In this document: positions 1-9,684 of the stretch, in pieces
Numbering within the stretch: the first letter of the stretch is position 1
Layout: every line of letters begins with the position of its first letter
Origin: Candidatus Bathyarchaeia archaeon
Lineage (GTDB): Archaea; Thermoproteota; Bathyarchaeia; Bathyarchaeales; Bathycorpusculaceae
Assembly: GCA_049521795.1 (NCBI GenBank)
Contig: JBEKOM010000002.1
Coordinates: 192,001-256,000, forward strand
DNA length: 64,000 nt
Direction of reading: 5' to 3'
Program-made: the position numbers and the translations under genes
Notes under the pieces: generated by a model
The model's input: only the letters and a program-made list of their open reading frames with translations
Database searches by the model: none
What the model was told of the DNA's origin: nothing

Positions 1-66
1 GGTTATGCTTTCAAACAGTGCGATGTATCGCATCTCGTTGCTGGTGAACTTTATCCCTGTTGTCAT
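1..66 (-). CDS. nusA: NusA-like transcription elongation factor (5' part only; runs off the window edge)
   Basis: Reverse strand from ATG at 66 reads MTTGIKFTSNEMRYIALFESIT, typical of the archaeal NusA N-terminus; ATGA overlap with the rpl30e stop; canonical rpoB-rpoA-L30e-nusA order. Confidence 0.85.
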   Translation of the reverse strand, partial: MTTGIKFTSNEMRYIALFESIT

Positions 67-398
67 TCGTTTCCTCCGCCGGACTCCTCAGGCTCAGCGG
101 TCTCCGTTAACTTGAGGATTTCTGAATCACCTGGCTCTCTTATACTTAACGCTGAAACCGTGAAGGGCTTGCCGCACGCAGCGGCCAGATCCATCGATGA
201 CCCTTTGTAGAGGACTAATGGAACCTTTGAGAGGTTGCTGTAGTATTCAACGTCCTCGCGGACCTTCTTAGGAGCGTTTGACGCGAGAATTATGAGCTTT
301 GCTCTTCCTGTTTGAGCGCTTTGCACTGCGGAGCTGGCTCCAATCGACACTTTGCCAGTTTTCACGGCTGCTGAAATTGCTTTGTTTACGTCTATCAC
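63..398 (-). CDS. rpl30e: 50S ribosomal protein L30e
   Basis: AVKTGKVSIG...AKLIILASN...YKGSSMDLAAACGKPFTVSALSIREPGDS; position after rpoA. Confidence 0.97.
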   Translation of the reverse strand: MIDVNKAISAAVKTGKVSIGASSAVQSAQTGRAKLIILASNAPKKVREDVEYYSNLSKVPLVLYKGSSMDLAAACGKPFTVSALSIREPGDSEILKLTETAEPEESGGGNE

Positions 399-3300
399 TT
401 CTTCTCACTCTTCTTCTCGATCGTTGACATGAACAATTCTACGAGTCCCGTGCCGATCGGTATCGACTGTCCGACTATTACGTTTTCGGTCACTCCTGCC
501 AAGGGGTCGCTTTCACCCTTGACTGCCGCTTCAACGATGTTCGGGACCGTTATCTCAAAGGCTGCTCTGGCCAGAACGCTTGATTTCTTGCCGCTGATGC
601 CGTGCCTTCCTATCTGCTGCACTTCACCCGTGGAGGTCATCATGTCTGCGACGAGCATGACGTGACGCGTGTCCACGTCCAACCCTTGTTCTTCCAGGAC
701 GCCCTTAGCCTCGTTCACCAAGGCGTTTCTAGCAGCCTCAATGCCTATCGTTTTCGCTATTTCGTGAACGTTGTTGGTTGTTGTCCTTGAACTGTCAACG
801 CCTGGGATTTCTAGGACCTTGGGCAGGTTTGAACCGTCTGTGTTTATGACCCATTCTCCATGCTCTTCGGTGACGAGCACGCGCTTTATGCCAGGGACTC
901 CTTTGATGTGAAACACAGTGACTTTTCCAAGCATTTTCCTTATCGCTTCGACTTTTTTCGGCTGTACGTGTATGGTGTTGCCCTTTGTCTTTATGGTGCA
1001 GTTCGGAATTTGCAGTTTGTCCTTTAACTCCTGCATTGTCACTTCCCGGTCTTCCATCATAGTTTTGTCGGGTTCAATGATTATCTCTTCGTGCAATGGG
1101 TCTATGTAGACTGCTTCTGCAAGGTTCTCCATGGTTGTGTACACGATTTCGCGTGCAATCTTAACCGCGGCTTCCCTGCTTTTTCTGTTCTCTTCTGCCA
1201 AGTAAATCTTCATGATCGGAGTGGACGGGATTCTCCTCGCATCCACGATCTCGATCAGTCGAGGCAGGCCGAGGGTCACGTTTTGTTCCCTGACGCCTGC
1301 GTAGTGGAAGGTCCTAAGCGTCATCTGCGTGCCAGGTTCGCCGATGGATTGAGCCGCAACGATGCCTACTGCCTCGCCGGGTTCCATCAGGGCGTGTTTG
1401 TAGTGCTCGACGGTCGTGTTAACCGCTTTCTCGACGCCCGTCTTGGTCAGCCCTGCCTTTGCTGAGGTTTGCTTGAGCTGGTCTACAAGGATCGGTGTGA
1501 GTCGTCCTTGAACTTCGTCCAGTTTTTCTTTGATGAATTCGGCGGACGCTGGTCTGCCCTTCTCCTTAGCAATTCTTATTTGGTCAACCAACCGGCTAAC
1601 GTTCACTGCCTTTCCATGGTCGCTCTTGGCCGGGTCGACGCCGTCTTCGCCGTATTGGAACTGGATTATGTCTCCAGCCGAGTTTCTCACCGTGCTGTCG
1701 TACTCCAACCGTATGTGCTCAAGCGCGTTGATTAGTCTTCTCTGCATGTAGCCGCTCTGCTGTGTTCTGACGGCTGTGTCGACGAGGCCTTCTCGGCCGC
1801 CCATAGCGTGGAAGAAGAACTCTATCACGTCAAGCCCTTTCTGATACGAGCTGTACACGAATCCTCTGGCTTTCGGCCGTTGGTCTCCCGATTTGAAGTG
1901 GGGAAGAGCTCGGTCCACGTACCCACGGAGTATTCTCTTCCCACGGACTGATTGTTGTCCCACGCAGGCGCTTATCTGGCCGATGTTCAGGCTTGAGCCT
2001 CTGGCGCCGGTTCGCGTCATGATTATTCCAGAGTTCTCCAGAGTGAAGTCTTCGTCAGCTATCTTGCCTGATTCATCTCTTGCCTTTGCCAGCTCGTTCA
2101 TGACGTATATTTCGAAAGATTCTTCCAACGTTTGGCCTGGAAGCCTTGGCAACGTGCCCTTACGATAGCTTTCAATGAGGTCCTCTATCTTCTTCTCGAT
2201 TCTCTCCATAGTTTTTTCTATTCTGTCTTCAGCCTTGGGAGACAAGACCAGCTCGTTGTACGAGTAAGTGAAGCCTCGCATGGTTATGAAGAGCTTCAGC
2301 ATCCTTGTGATCTTGTTGAGGAACTCCCGCCCCGCCTGACTGCCATAATCCTTGATTATCCTGTGAAGAAGGCTTTCAGACTGTTCGGCACCTATGGAAC
2401 GTCTGTCAATCACGCCGCTTACAAGCTCGCCGTTCTTCACGACAACGTAAGCGTCATATTTGCATTCTTCTTCTAGACACTTCACGCATCCTTGACAGAT
2501 GTTAGCCTTCAAAACGTAGTTCATGTCCTTCGGTAGGAACAGACTGAAGATCTGCTTTCCCGTCCACAATGGTTGCGGCTGTTTGACCACTGGCAGAGGC
2601 ACTTGGCCCTCGTATTTGGCTGCCAAGAGCAGCTTGTTTACTTCGCTTCTTGTCAAGTAGTTTGCTTTTCTAGTGAACAGGTAGGCTGACGTTATGAAGT
2701 CTCTGATGGCCCCTATTATTGGACCTCCAAACCTAGGCGAAAGGATCTGGTCCTGAACCTGCATAAGCAGGAGAGCTTCGGTTCGAGCCTCTTCGCTTTG
2801 AGGAATATGCAGGTTCATCTCGTCGCCGTCGAAGTCTGCGTTGTACGGTGGACAAACGCACAGGTGCAGGCGGAACGTTTTGTATGGCAGAACGCGGACG
2901 TAGTGCGCCATGATCGACATGCGGTGAAGTGAGGGTTGACGATTGAAGATGGCAATGTCTCCGTTCTTCAAGTGCCTCTCCACGATGAAACCCAGTTCGA
3001 TGGCTTCAGCGATCTTTTCTCTGTCAACCACGAATTCGAGTCTTATGCGCTTGCCGTCGGGCCTGATGATGTAAAGGGCTCCGGGGTAGCCTTCAGGTCC
3101 GTTTTTCACGAGGGTTCGCATCTCTTCAATGTTCCATTCTGTGACTTTTTCGGGCACTGAGAGGCGCATCGCAATTTCAAGCGGAACGCCTACCTCGTTT
3201 ATGTCGATGTTCGGGTCAGGCGAAACAACGGTGCGCGCTGAGAAGTCTACCCTTTTTCCAGAAAGGTTGCTTCGGAATCTTCCCTCCTTTCCCTTCAGTC

Positions 3301-4213
3301 TTTGCGAGAGTGTCTTGAGGGCTCTGCCAGAGCGGTGTCGGGCCGGGGGAATTCCTGAAGCCTCGTTGTTGAAGTAGGTCGTCACATGGTACTGAAGGAG
3401 TTCTGACAAGTCTTGAATTATGAGCGTAGGCGCTCCTGCGTCCATGTTTTCTTTGAGCCTCTGATTAATTCGAATTATGTCCACGAGCTTGTGAGTCAAA
3501 TCGTCCTCTGAACGAATGCCCGATTCCAAAGTTATTGATGGGCGAACATAGACGGGTGGTACAGGAAGAACCTGCAGAACCATCCATTCGGGGCGAGCCG
3601 TTTTCGGGTTGAACCCCAACAGTTCAAGGTCCTCGTTAGTGATGCGTTCCAGTCTTTCTCGGACCATGCTGGGCGTCAACGGTTCTGAACCGCTTTCAGG
3701 GATCTGTTCGCTGAACTTTGTTGGCTTCTCAAAAGTGATCTTGTACTGCACCGCTGCACATTGAGGACACTGCCTTCTCTTCGTTTCCTGCATGATCGAT
3801 TTATAAACTTCGTCCGGAACCAGACCCAAGAGTTGGCGCGTCTTCTCCACCTTTGCCTTGGCCCTCTCAATGACGTCGTCTGGAAGCATTATGCGTCCGC
3901 AGTTTCGACAAGTCGCCCTCAGGAGGTCGTATATGATCTTCGTGAACTCAATGTGCACTATGGGAACTGCTAGTTCGATGTGACCGAAATGCCCTGGGCA
4001 GCGAATTGCCGTGTTGCCGCAGGTCTTGCACCTCTGTCTTGGTTCAAGGGTTCCAAGCCTCCCGTCCATCAGGCCTGAGGAGATTGGAGCGCCGTCTTCA
4101 TCGTAAGTGTCTGGTGTCTGAATTTCCACTACTGAATTCTTGCGCACGTCCTGTGGCGAGAACATGCCGAAGTTTATTTCATTCACAACTTTGCGGACAA
4201 TTTCCTCGCTCAT
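395..4213 (-). CDS. rpoA1: DNA-directed RNA polymerase largest subunit, fused A'+A''
   Basis: NADFDGDEM catalytic motif, CKTC/CPGHFGH Zn site, and A'' motifs (AQSIGEPGTQMT, LARAAFE) in one 1272-aa frame. Confidence 0.98.
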   Translation of the reverse strand: MSEEIVRKVVNEINFGMFSPQDVRKNSVVEIQTPDTYDEDGAPISSGLMDGRLGTLEPRQRCKTCGNTAIRCPGHFGHIELAVPIVHIEFTKIIYDLLRATCRNCGRIMLPDDVIERAKAKVEKTRQLLGLVPDEVYKSIMQETKRRQCPQCAAVQYKITFEKPTKFSEQIPESGSEPLTPSMVRERLERITNEDLELLGFNPKTARPEWMVLQVLPVPPVYVRPSITLESGIRSEDDLTHKLVDIIRINQRLKENMDAGAPTLIIQDLSELLQYHVTTYFNNEASGIPPARHRSGRALKTLSQRLKGKEGRFRSNLSGKRVDFSARTVVSPDPNIDINEVGVPLEIAMRLSVPEKVTEWNIEEMRTLVKNGPEGYPGALYIIRPDGKRIRLEFVVDREKIAEAIELGFIVERHLKNGDIAIFNRQPSLHRMSIMAHYVRVLPYKTFRLHLCVCPPYNADFDGDEMNLHIPQSEEARTEALLLMQVQDQILSPRFGGPIIGAIRDFITSAYLFTRKANYLTRSEVNKLLLAAKYEGQVPLPVVKQPQPLWTGKQIFSLFLPKDMNYVLKANICQGCVKCLEEECKYDAYVVVKNGELVSGVIDRRSIGAEQSESLLHRIIKDYGSQAGREFLNKITRMLKLFITMRGFTYSYNELVLSPKAEDRIEKTMERIEKKIEDLIESYRKGTLPRLPGQTLEESFEIYVMNELAKARDESGKIADEDFTLENSGIIMTRTGARGSSLNIGQISACVGQQSVRGKRILRGYVDRALPHFKSGDQRPKARGFVYSSYQKGLDVIEFFFHAMGGREGLVDTAVRTQQSGYMQRRLINALEHIRLEYDSTVRNSAGDIIQFQYGEDGVDPAKSDHGKAVNVSRLVDQIRIAKEKGRPASAEFIKEKLDEVQGRLTPILVDQLKQTSAKAGLTKTGVEKAVNTTVEHYKHALMEPGEAVGIVAAQSIGEPGTQMTLRTFHYAGVREQNVTLGLPRLIEIVDARRIPSTPIMKIYLAEENRKSREAAVKIAREIVYTTMENLAEAVYIDPLHEEIIIEPDKTMMEDREVTMQELKDKLQIPNCTIKTKGNTIHVQPKKVEAIRKMLGKVTVFHIKGVPGIKRVLVTEEHGEWVINTDGSNLPKVLEIPGVDSSRTTTNNVHEIAKTIGIEAARNALVNEAKGVLEEQGLDVDTRHVMLVADMMTSTGEVQQIGRHGISGKKSSVLARAAFEITVPNIVEAAVKGESDPLAGVTENVIVGQSIPIGTGLVELFMSTIEKKSEKK

Positions 4214-4214
4214 C

Positions 4215-7200
4215 TTATGCCCTCTCCTTAAGCGTTAATCTTGGCGAGATGCACAGGCTCATCAGTTCTTGCAGCAGAAGCTTGAACGCATAGGAAACTA
4301 TAACGGGAGAGATTCTGGCCTTGTCCTCGCAGAGCTTGCAAACGTATTTTCTTTGCTTCATGTCATAGTAGGCTATGTGTCCACACGTCTCGCAGATGTA
4401 GAGCGTGTACTTGTCAGATTCTTCGAGCAGTCTGTCTCTTAGGAGCATAGCGGCTCCATGGCCAATCAGACAGTCGCGCTCCATTTCACCGAACCTGAGG
4501 CCGCCTCCTCTGGCTCTTCCCTCAGTCGGCTGCCTCGTCAGCATCTGAACTTGTCCACGGGCTCTGGCGTGAATCTTGTCCGCCACCATGTGATGCAGCT
4601 TCTGATAGTGCACAACGCCGACGTAGATGTCGGCGACGAATTTCTGACCTGTCACACCGCTGTAGAAGACTTCACTGCCGGTGCTGCTGAAGCCCAGCTT
4701 GATCATGGCAGACCTCAGCGCGTCGGGCCCTTCGTTTGAGAAGGGCGTTCCATCAGTAGGCCGTCCGCGTGCAGAGGCAACTTTTCCGGCTATTGATTCG
4801 ATGAACTGGCCAACGGTCATCCTTGACGGGATAGCGTGCGGGTTGATTATCAAGTCTGGAACGATGCCGTCTTCCGTGAAAGGCATATCTTCCTGAGGAA
4901 CGATCAGGCCGATGACGCCTTTTTGTCCGTGGCGCGAAGCGAATTTGTCGCCTAGTTCTGGGATGCGTTGGTCGCGGACTCTGACTTTTACAAGCTTGCT
5001 TCCTTCTCCAGACGCTGTGATGAAGATTGCGTCGACGACGCCTGTTTCTGATGGGCGCATGTCCACTGAGGTGTCGCGCATAGAAGGCCCTTTGACTTCA
5101 AATTCTTTGTATTCTTCAAGGAACCTTGGCGGACTGATTCTGCCGATGAGGACGTCTCCGCCTGCAACGGCCGACTCTAGGCCTATTATTCCGTCTGGTT
5201 CAAGCAGTCTGTAGTACTGTTCTCCTCTGTATCCGCGTGTTCCTGCTTCGGGTAGGGTGAATTTGTCTTTCAGTCCGCCCAAGTATTGGCGACACTCAGC
5301 CTCGTAGATTCGGAAGAAGGTTGAGCGTCCTAGGCCTCTTTCTATCGAAGCCTTGTTGAAAACAAGGGCGTCTTCCATGTTGTAACCCTCAAAAGATAGC
5401 ACCGCGACTACGTAGTTTTGACCTGATGGGCGCAGCTTGTAGCCCATTGTGTCCATCAGTGCGGTTTCAGCAAGCGGGGCCTGTGGGTAGTGCAAGATGT
5501 GTGATCTTGAGTCTACGCGTTGCTGGAAGTTTGTCGAGTAGATTCCTAGAGCTTGTTTGGCCATTGCGGCTTGATACGAGTTGCGGGGTGACTGGTTGTG
5601 CTCTGCGTAAGGTATTGTTGACGCGCAGATTCCTAGAATGGTGTACGTGGCAATTTCTAAGTGCGTGTGGTCGCGGCTCAATTCTTCGGGGCTTAAGGCG
5701 ATATAAGCGTTCTCCTCTTCTTCAGCGTCCAAGTATTCTATGATTCCGTTCTTTACGAGTTCTTCCCAGGACCAGACTCCCGTGGCGATCTTCTCAATCT
5801 GTTCAGGCTGAAGCTTTGGCACACCGTTTTCAACGATTATAAGAGGGCGTCTGACTCTGCCCTCGTCGCAGTTTACGTAGACTTCTTCCCTCTCTCCCTG
5901 GGCCTTCGAGAAGTAGGCTATGTTGACTTCGGTGGAAACCTCTCCTCTTCTCCTTCTTTCCCTGAAGTCTTGGGCCAGGCGATCTGGAGAGTTGCAGTAT
6001 CCTATTGTGTTGCCGTCTACGAAAACCTTTGTTCCAGAAAGCTTCAACGTGTCGTTGGCCTCAAGAATCGGTGTTACGCCGCTGGCGAACAAAAGCTGTC
6101 TCATCTTTTCCGGGTTCACGCCCACAGAGATGCAGGCAGACAGGGCCAAGTTCTTCACCAGTCCGCAGTTTGAGCCCTCTGGTGTTTCGTTTGGGCAAAG
6201 GCGGCCCCAGTGGGTTGCGTGTAAGTCCCTTGCTTCGAAGTTGGGTTGGCTTCTGCTGAGAGGCGATTGGAGGCGTCGCAGGTGACTTAGTGTTGAAATG
6301 TGGTTTGTTCTGTCGAGAAGCTGGGTTATGCCAACTCTGCCTCTTCCCCAGTTTCCGGTTGCAAGCGCATGTTGAAACCTTTCAGCTATTATGCCCGGCC
6401 TCACGGCTGCTGAAACGGTTATTATCGGCCCCTTCACACCGATTCTTTCAAGTTGATATTTTATGTCGCGGGTGAGATTTCTAAACGCTACTCTGAAAAG
6501 GTCTGCAAGCAGAGGACCTGCCAGTCTCAACCGCTTATTCTTGAAGTGGTCTTTGTCATCTTGCTTCCTCCTTCCAAGCTGCATTTCTATTGCCCTGCAG
6601 GCCATCTCGCCTAAGAACAGGGCCTTGTCCTTCCTCTTCTGTTCCGTTCTGCCTATGTGTGGAAGGAAGTTCTTGTCCACCGCAGTTTCGGCTTTCTGCA
6701 CACGGTACTCTTCTACCTGTCCATGAGCAACACGGTTGCCAATGAACAGAATGGCGTCTTTTGCTGTGTCGACTCCGATGGCTTTTTCGAAGGACGCCTC
6801 GAGTGCGGTTTGGATTTCGTTGTCCAGAGAGATTGCCTCGGCAATTTCCTTGTCAGATTCAAGTCCTAAGGCACGCATCAGGACGACAAAAGGAACTTCG
6901 GAAGGAACGCCTGGCATTGAAACGTACAATGCACCGTCAGACTTGATCTTCAACTCGATTCTTGCCCTGAACCCCACAGTTGTCGAAAATATCTTTGACT
7001 GATAGACCGGCGTTGCTCCTTTCTCGTCAACGTCGACTATTATGCGGTTGGGAGCCAGGTCTTCCATAGCCACTACGACGCGCTCTGAACCGTTCACAAC
7101 GAAGTAGCCGCCCGGGTCATCAGGATCTTCTCCACATGAAATCAGTTCCTCTCTTGAGAGTTGTGAGAGGAAACACAGCTTTGACTTTAGCATTACAGGG

Positions 7201-7586
7201 ATGTTCCCGATGTAGACGAGCTCAGTGTCCTGTTCTCTGCCGTCTATGACAGGCGTCATTTCGAGGGCTACGGGCGCCGCGTAGGTCAGGTTTCGAAGTC
7301 TAGCCTCCAAGGGGTTTATTTCGTGTTTTGTACCATCGACTTCAGTCGCATACGGTCCGGTTATTCTGGTCTGTGGGTCTATTATCCAGATCTGACCCAG
7401 CTTGACCTTGTAGGGGCTTTCAGGCACTTCTATGGGGATTTCGCCGACTTCGTCTATGACTTCCTGCAATCCGCGGTCGATGAACTCGTTGAAGGAGTCT
7501 AAATGCTGTCGAACCAATCCCTTGTCTTTAAAAAAGGCGTTCAACAATAGATGCGTGTCTTCTTTTGATATTTCAGTCAATTTCAA
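4215..7586 (-). CDS. rpoB: DNA-directed RNA polymerase subunit B (unsplit)
   Basis: GDKFASRHGQKG, GGLRFGEMERDC, ETPEGSNCGLVKN, C-terminal Zn finger; TTG start after GGGGGATGA. Confidence 0.98.
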   Translation of the reverse strand: MKLTEISKEDTHLLLNAFFKDKGLVRQHLDSFNEFIDRGLQEVIDEVGEIPIEVPESPYKVKLGQIWIIDPQTRITGPYATEVDGTKHEINPLEARLRNLTYAAPVALEMTPVIDGREQDTELVYIGNIPVMLKSKLCFLSQLSREELISCGEDPDDPGGYFVVNGSERVVVAMEDLAPNRIIVDVDEKGATPVYQSKIFSTTVGFRARIELKIKSDGALYVSMPGVPSEVPFVVLMRALGLESDKEIAEAISLDNEIQTALEASFEKAIGVDTAKDAILFIGNRVAHGQVEEYRVQKAETAVDKNFLPHIGRTEQKRKDKALFLGEMACRAIEMQLGRRKQDDKDHFKNKRLRLAGPLLADLFRVAFRNLTRDIKYQLERIGVKGPIITVSAAVRPGIIAERFQHALATGNWGRGRVGITQLLDRTNHISTLSHLRRLQSPLSRSQPNFEARDLHATHWGRLCPNETPEGSNCGLVKNLALSACISVGVNPEKMRQLLFASGVTPILEANDTLKLSGTKVFVDGNTIGYCNSPDRLAQDFRERRRRGEVSTEVNIAYFSKAQGEREEVYVNCDEGRVRRPLIIVENGVPKLQPEQIEKIATGVWSWEELVKNGIIEYLDAEEEENAYIALSPEELSRDHTHLEIATYTILGICASTIPYAEHNQSPRNSYQAAMAKQALGIYSTNFQQRVDSRSHILHYPQAPLAETALMDTMGYKLRPSGQNYVVAVLSFEGYNMEDALVFNKASIERGLGRSTFFRIYEAECRQYLGGLKDKFTLPEAGTRGYRGEQYYRLLEPDGIIGLESAVAGGDVLIGRISPPRFLEEYKEFEVKGPSMRDTSVDMRPSETGVVDAIFITASGEGSKLVKVRVRDQRIPELGDKFASRHGQKGVIGLIVPQEDMPFTEDGIVPDLIINPHAIPSRMTVGQFIESIAGKVASARGRPTDGTPFSNEGPDALRSAMIKLGFSSTGSEVFYSGVTGQKFVADIYVGVVHYQKLHHMVADKIHARARGQVQMLTRQPTEGRARGGGLRFGEMERDCLIGHGAAMLLRDRLLEESDKYTLYICETCGHIAYYDMKQRKYVCKLCEDKARISPVIVSYAFKLLLQELMSLCISPRLTLKERA

Positions 7587-7991
7587 TCATCCCCCGCAAC
7601 CTTAGGTTTAGACGTGTGCTAGCGAAACTTCTTGGTGCGGGTTTCTTCAAATTTTGAATTTCCTCCGTTCGTTGGGTCATTCCAACTCGAAAAATGGTCA
7701 CCAATGTTAAAGAGCTAGAAAACGTAAACTGCACAGCTTTCTAATAAACTTTTTCATGTTCAAAATTCTTTTCGCTCGCCCTCATTGTTCCAGGCGATCT
7801 CTGAGTACTCGAAGGCCATCGAGCAGCCGAATGGAAAAGAGGGACTAGGCGGAAACTCATGGAAACTGTCCTCGGCTCATCCTTGGAAAAGGATGTTGAC
7901 TACCGAGGTGCCAGTCCGAACAAGTGGACTGCACGTTGGCAGTGGCTCGGGAAATAATTAATAAGAAAGTTACTGTAGTTCTGGAAGAGGT

Positions 7992-8101
7992 GCAGGGGTA
8001 GCAGAGCATGGCCAATCCCGCGTAAAGTAGGGGCTTTATGCGCGGGACTCAAGATCCCGTCCCGAAGGGGTACGTGAGTTCAAATCTCACCCCCTGCACC
8101 A
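7992..8101 (+). tRNA. tRNA-Leu(CAA) with a 22-nt non-canonical intron (8016-8037) and encoded CCA
   Basis: Acceptor GCAGGGG/CCCCTGC, discriminator A plus CCA; anticodon arm CGGGA-CTCAAGA-TCCCG; long variable arm; T-arm GTGAG-TTCAAAT-CTCAC; D-arm restored only after removing 8016-8037; AT-rich TATA-like box at about 7953-7965. Confidence 0.92.
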
Positions 8102-8655
8102 TGTCTTTTCTGACGGCAAAAGATTTCTTGAGCGATTGTATTTCTGTTGGGCGCGTTCGCAGATATGTTTATTAAGACTTGCGATACACTAAGCAGAATC
8201 TTGGGGTTAGTAGATTATGGCAAAGAAATCTAGAAAGAACTCAGATGGAAAAGATGAAAGCTCTGTTGTATTGGTTATCGAAGACTTTCTCTCTTATGAA
8301 AACCTGGTTCACAAGAGACTAACTTAAGAGTTTGGCCTTTCAACATCCTCTTGAAACTCACTTGAAGAAGAAAGCGTGAAAGGCGAAATCGAGGCATGGT
8401 CGTGTGGAACTGAAGAAAATTCAAACGTCCAGAATGTTGAAACAATCCTCCGTAGTTGTGATGGCCAAGCGTTGCTACCGTCGAGTAGACCTTTCCACTG
8501 ACGATTGATCATATTCGGGGAAAGGCCGCAAGACCATTCTTGAAAGTCCTTTTCTGGTGCCTGTGAATCAAAACGGAAAATTCTGCTTTCCAGCCAAATG
8601 CATATATCTTTCCATACGCCTAGAAACCTTCACACTTCGTGTCCAAGGCGGAACC

Positions 8656-9564
8656 ATGACTGTTGCCGACAACATACTCAAACTAAAAGCAGAGAAGAGC
8701 GCCTTGATTTTGGCTCACAATTATCAGAGACCTGAGATCCAGGACATCGCAGATTACGTCGGTGACAGCATAGAGCTGAGCAGAAGGGCCATGGAGGAGA
8801 AAGAGGCAAAGATCCTAGTTTTTTCTGCCGTCGACTTTATGGCAGAGTCTGCGGCAATATTGAACCCCAAAAAGAAGGTGTTGCTGCCTGTGCTTGGTGC
8901 ACGTTGTCCTATGGCGCAGATGCTTACGGTCGAAGAAATCAAACGTTCCAAATCGCAGCATCCAAAGGCGCCGGTGGTTCTTTACGTCAACACGCTCGCC
9001 GCCGCCAAAGCAGAGTGCGACATATGCTGCACTTCGGCCAACGCTGTGGAAGTAGTGTCCTCCTTAAACGCTGACACGGTGCTCTTTGGACCCGACCGCA
9101 ACCTCGCAGAGTACGTTCAGAGAAGGACTGGGAAGACAGTGATCCCAATCCCAGAATGGGGCTTCTGCCCAACGCACTTGCTATTTCAGCCCGAAGACGT
9201 TCAGATACTCAGAGCGCAACATCCGGAAGCTGCAGTTATGGTCCATCCAGAATGCACTTTTGAAATGCAGAAAGAAGGCGACTTCGTCGGAAGCACATCA
9301 CAAATGTGCAGATATGCAAGAGAAAGCAAGGCCAGAACGTTCATTGTAGGAACTGAAGAAGGAGTTCTGCATCGACTTAGGAAAGACAATCCAACGAAGA
9401 AGTTTTTCTTAGCCTATGACGGTGCTCTTTGTCCAAACATGAAGCTGAACACCCTTGAAAGAATTTATGCCTCGCTCAAAGAAGAGAAACATGTGGTAAC
9501 CGTTCCAGAATCGATTGCAAAGCACGCGAGAAAAGCCTTACAAAAGATGTTTGAGCTGAATTAG
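8656..9564 (+). CDS. nadA: Quinolinate synthase NadA
   Basis: ILAHNYQRPEIQDIAD, VDFMAE, CPMA, YVNT, CTSANA, HPEC, GST, CPNMK; ATG at 8656 preferred over the ORF-track start at 8557. Confidence 0.96.
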   Translation: MTVADNILKLKAEKSALILAHNYQRPEIQDIADYVGDSIELSRRAMEEKEAKILVFSAVDFMAESAAILNPKKKVLLPVLGARCPMAQMLTVEEIKRSKSQHPKAPVVLYVNTLAAAKAECDICCTSANAVEVVSSLNADTVLFGPDRNLAEYVQRRTGKTVIPIPEWGFCPTHLLFQPEDVQILRAQHPEAAVMVHPECTFEMQKEGDFVGSTSQMCRYARESKARTFIVGTEEGVLHRLRKDNPTKKFFLAYDGALCPNMKLNTLERIYASLKEEKHVVTVPESIAKHARKALQKMFELN

Positions 9565-9684
9565 ACCCACATCTCACGGCACGTTACCGATTGCTGATCA
9601 CGTGAGCGCTCAAGAAAGCAAAGGTGAGAAAATCTGAAAATAACAGGTGAAGAGAAGGAACTTGAAGCCGCCATAGTCGATGCT

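Noticed and set aside
3233-3238. GCGCGC in rpoA
   Set aside because: Conserved FSART motif; chance codon usage
395-7586. Inteins in RpoA/RpoB (or the ligase)
   Set aside because: Lengths are normal and no intein terminal or LAGLIDADG motifs are visible
7775-7950. SRP RNA or RNase P RNA
   Set aside because: Lacks the SRP helix 8 motif and the RNase P conserved regions; kept only as an unknown structured candidate
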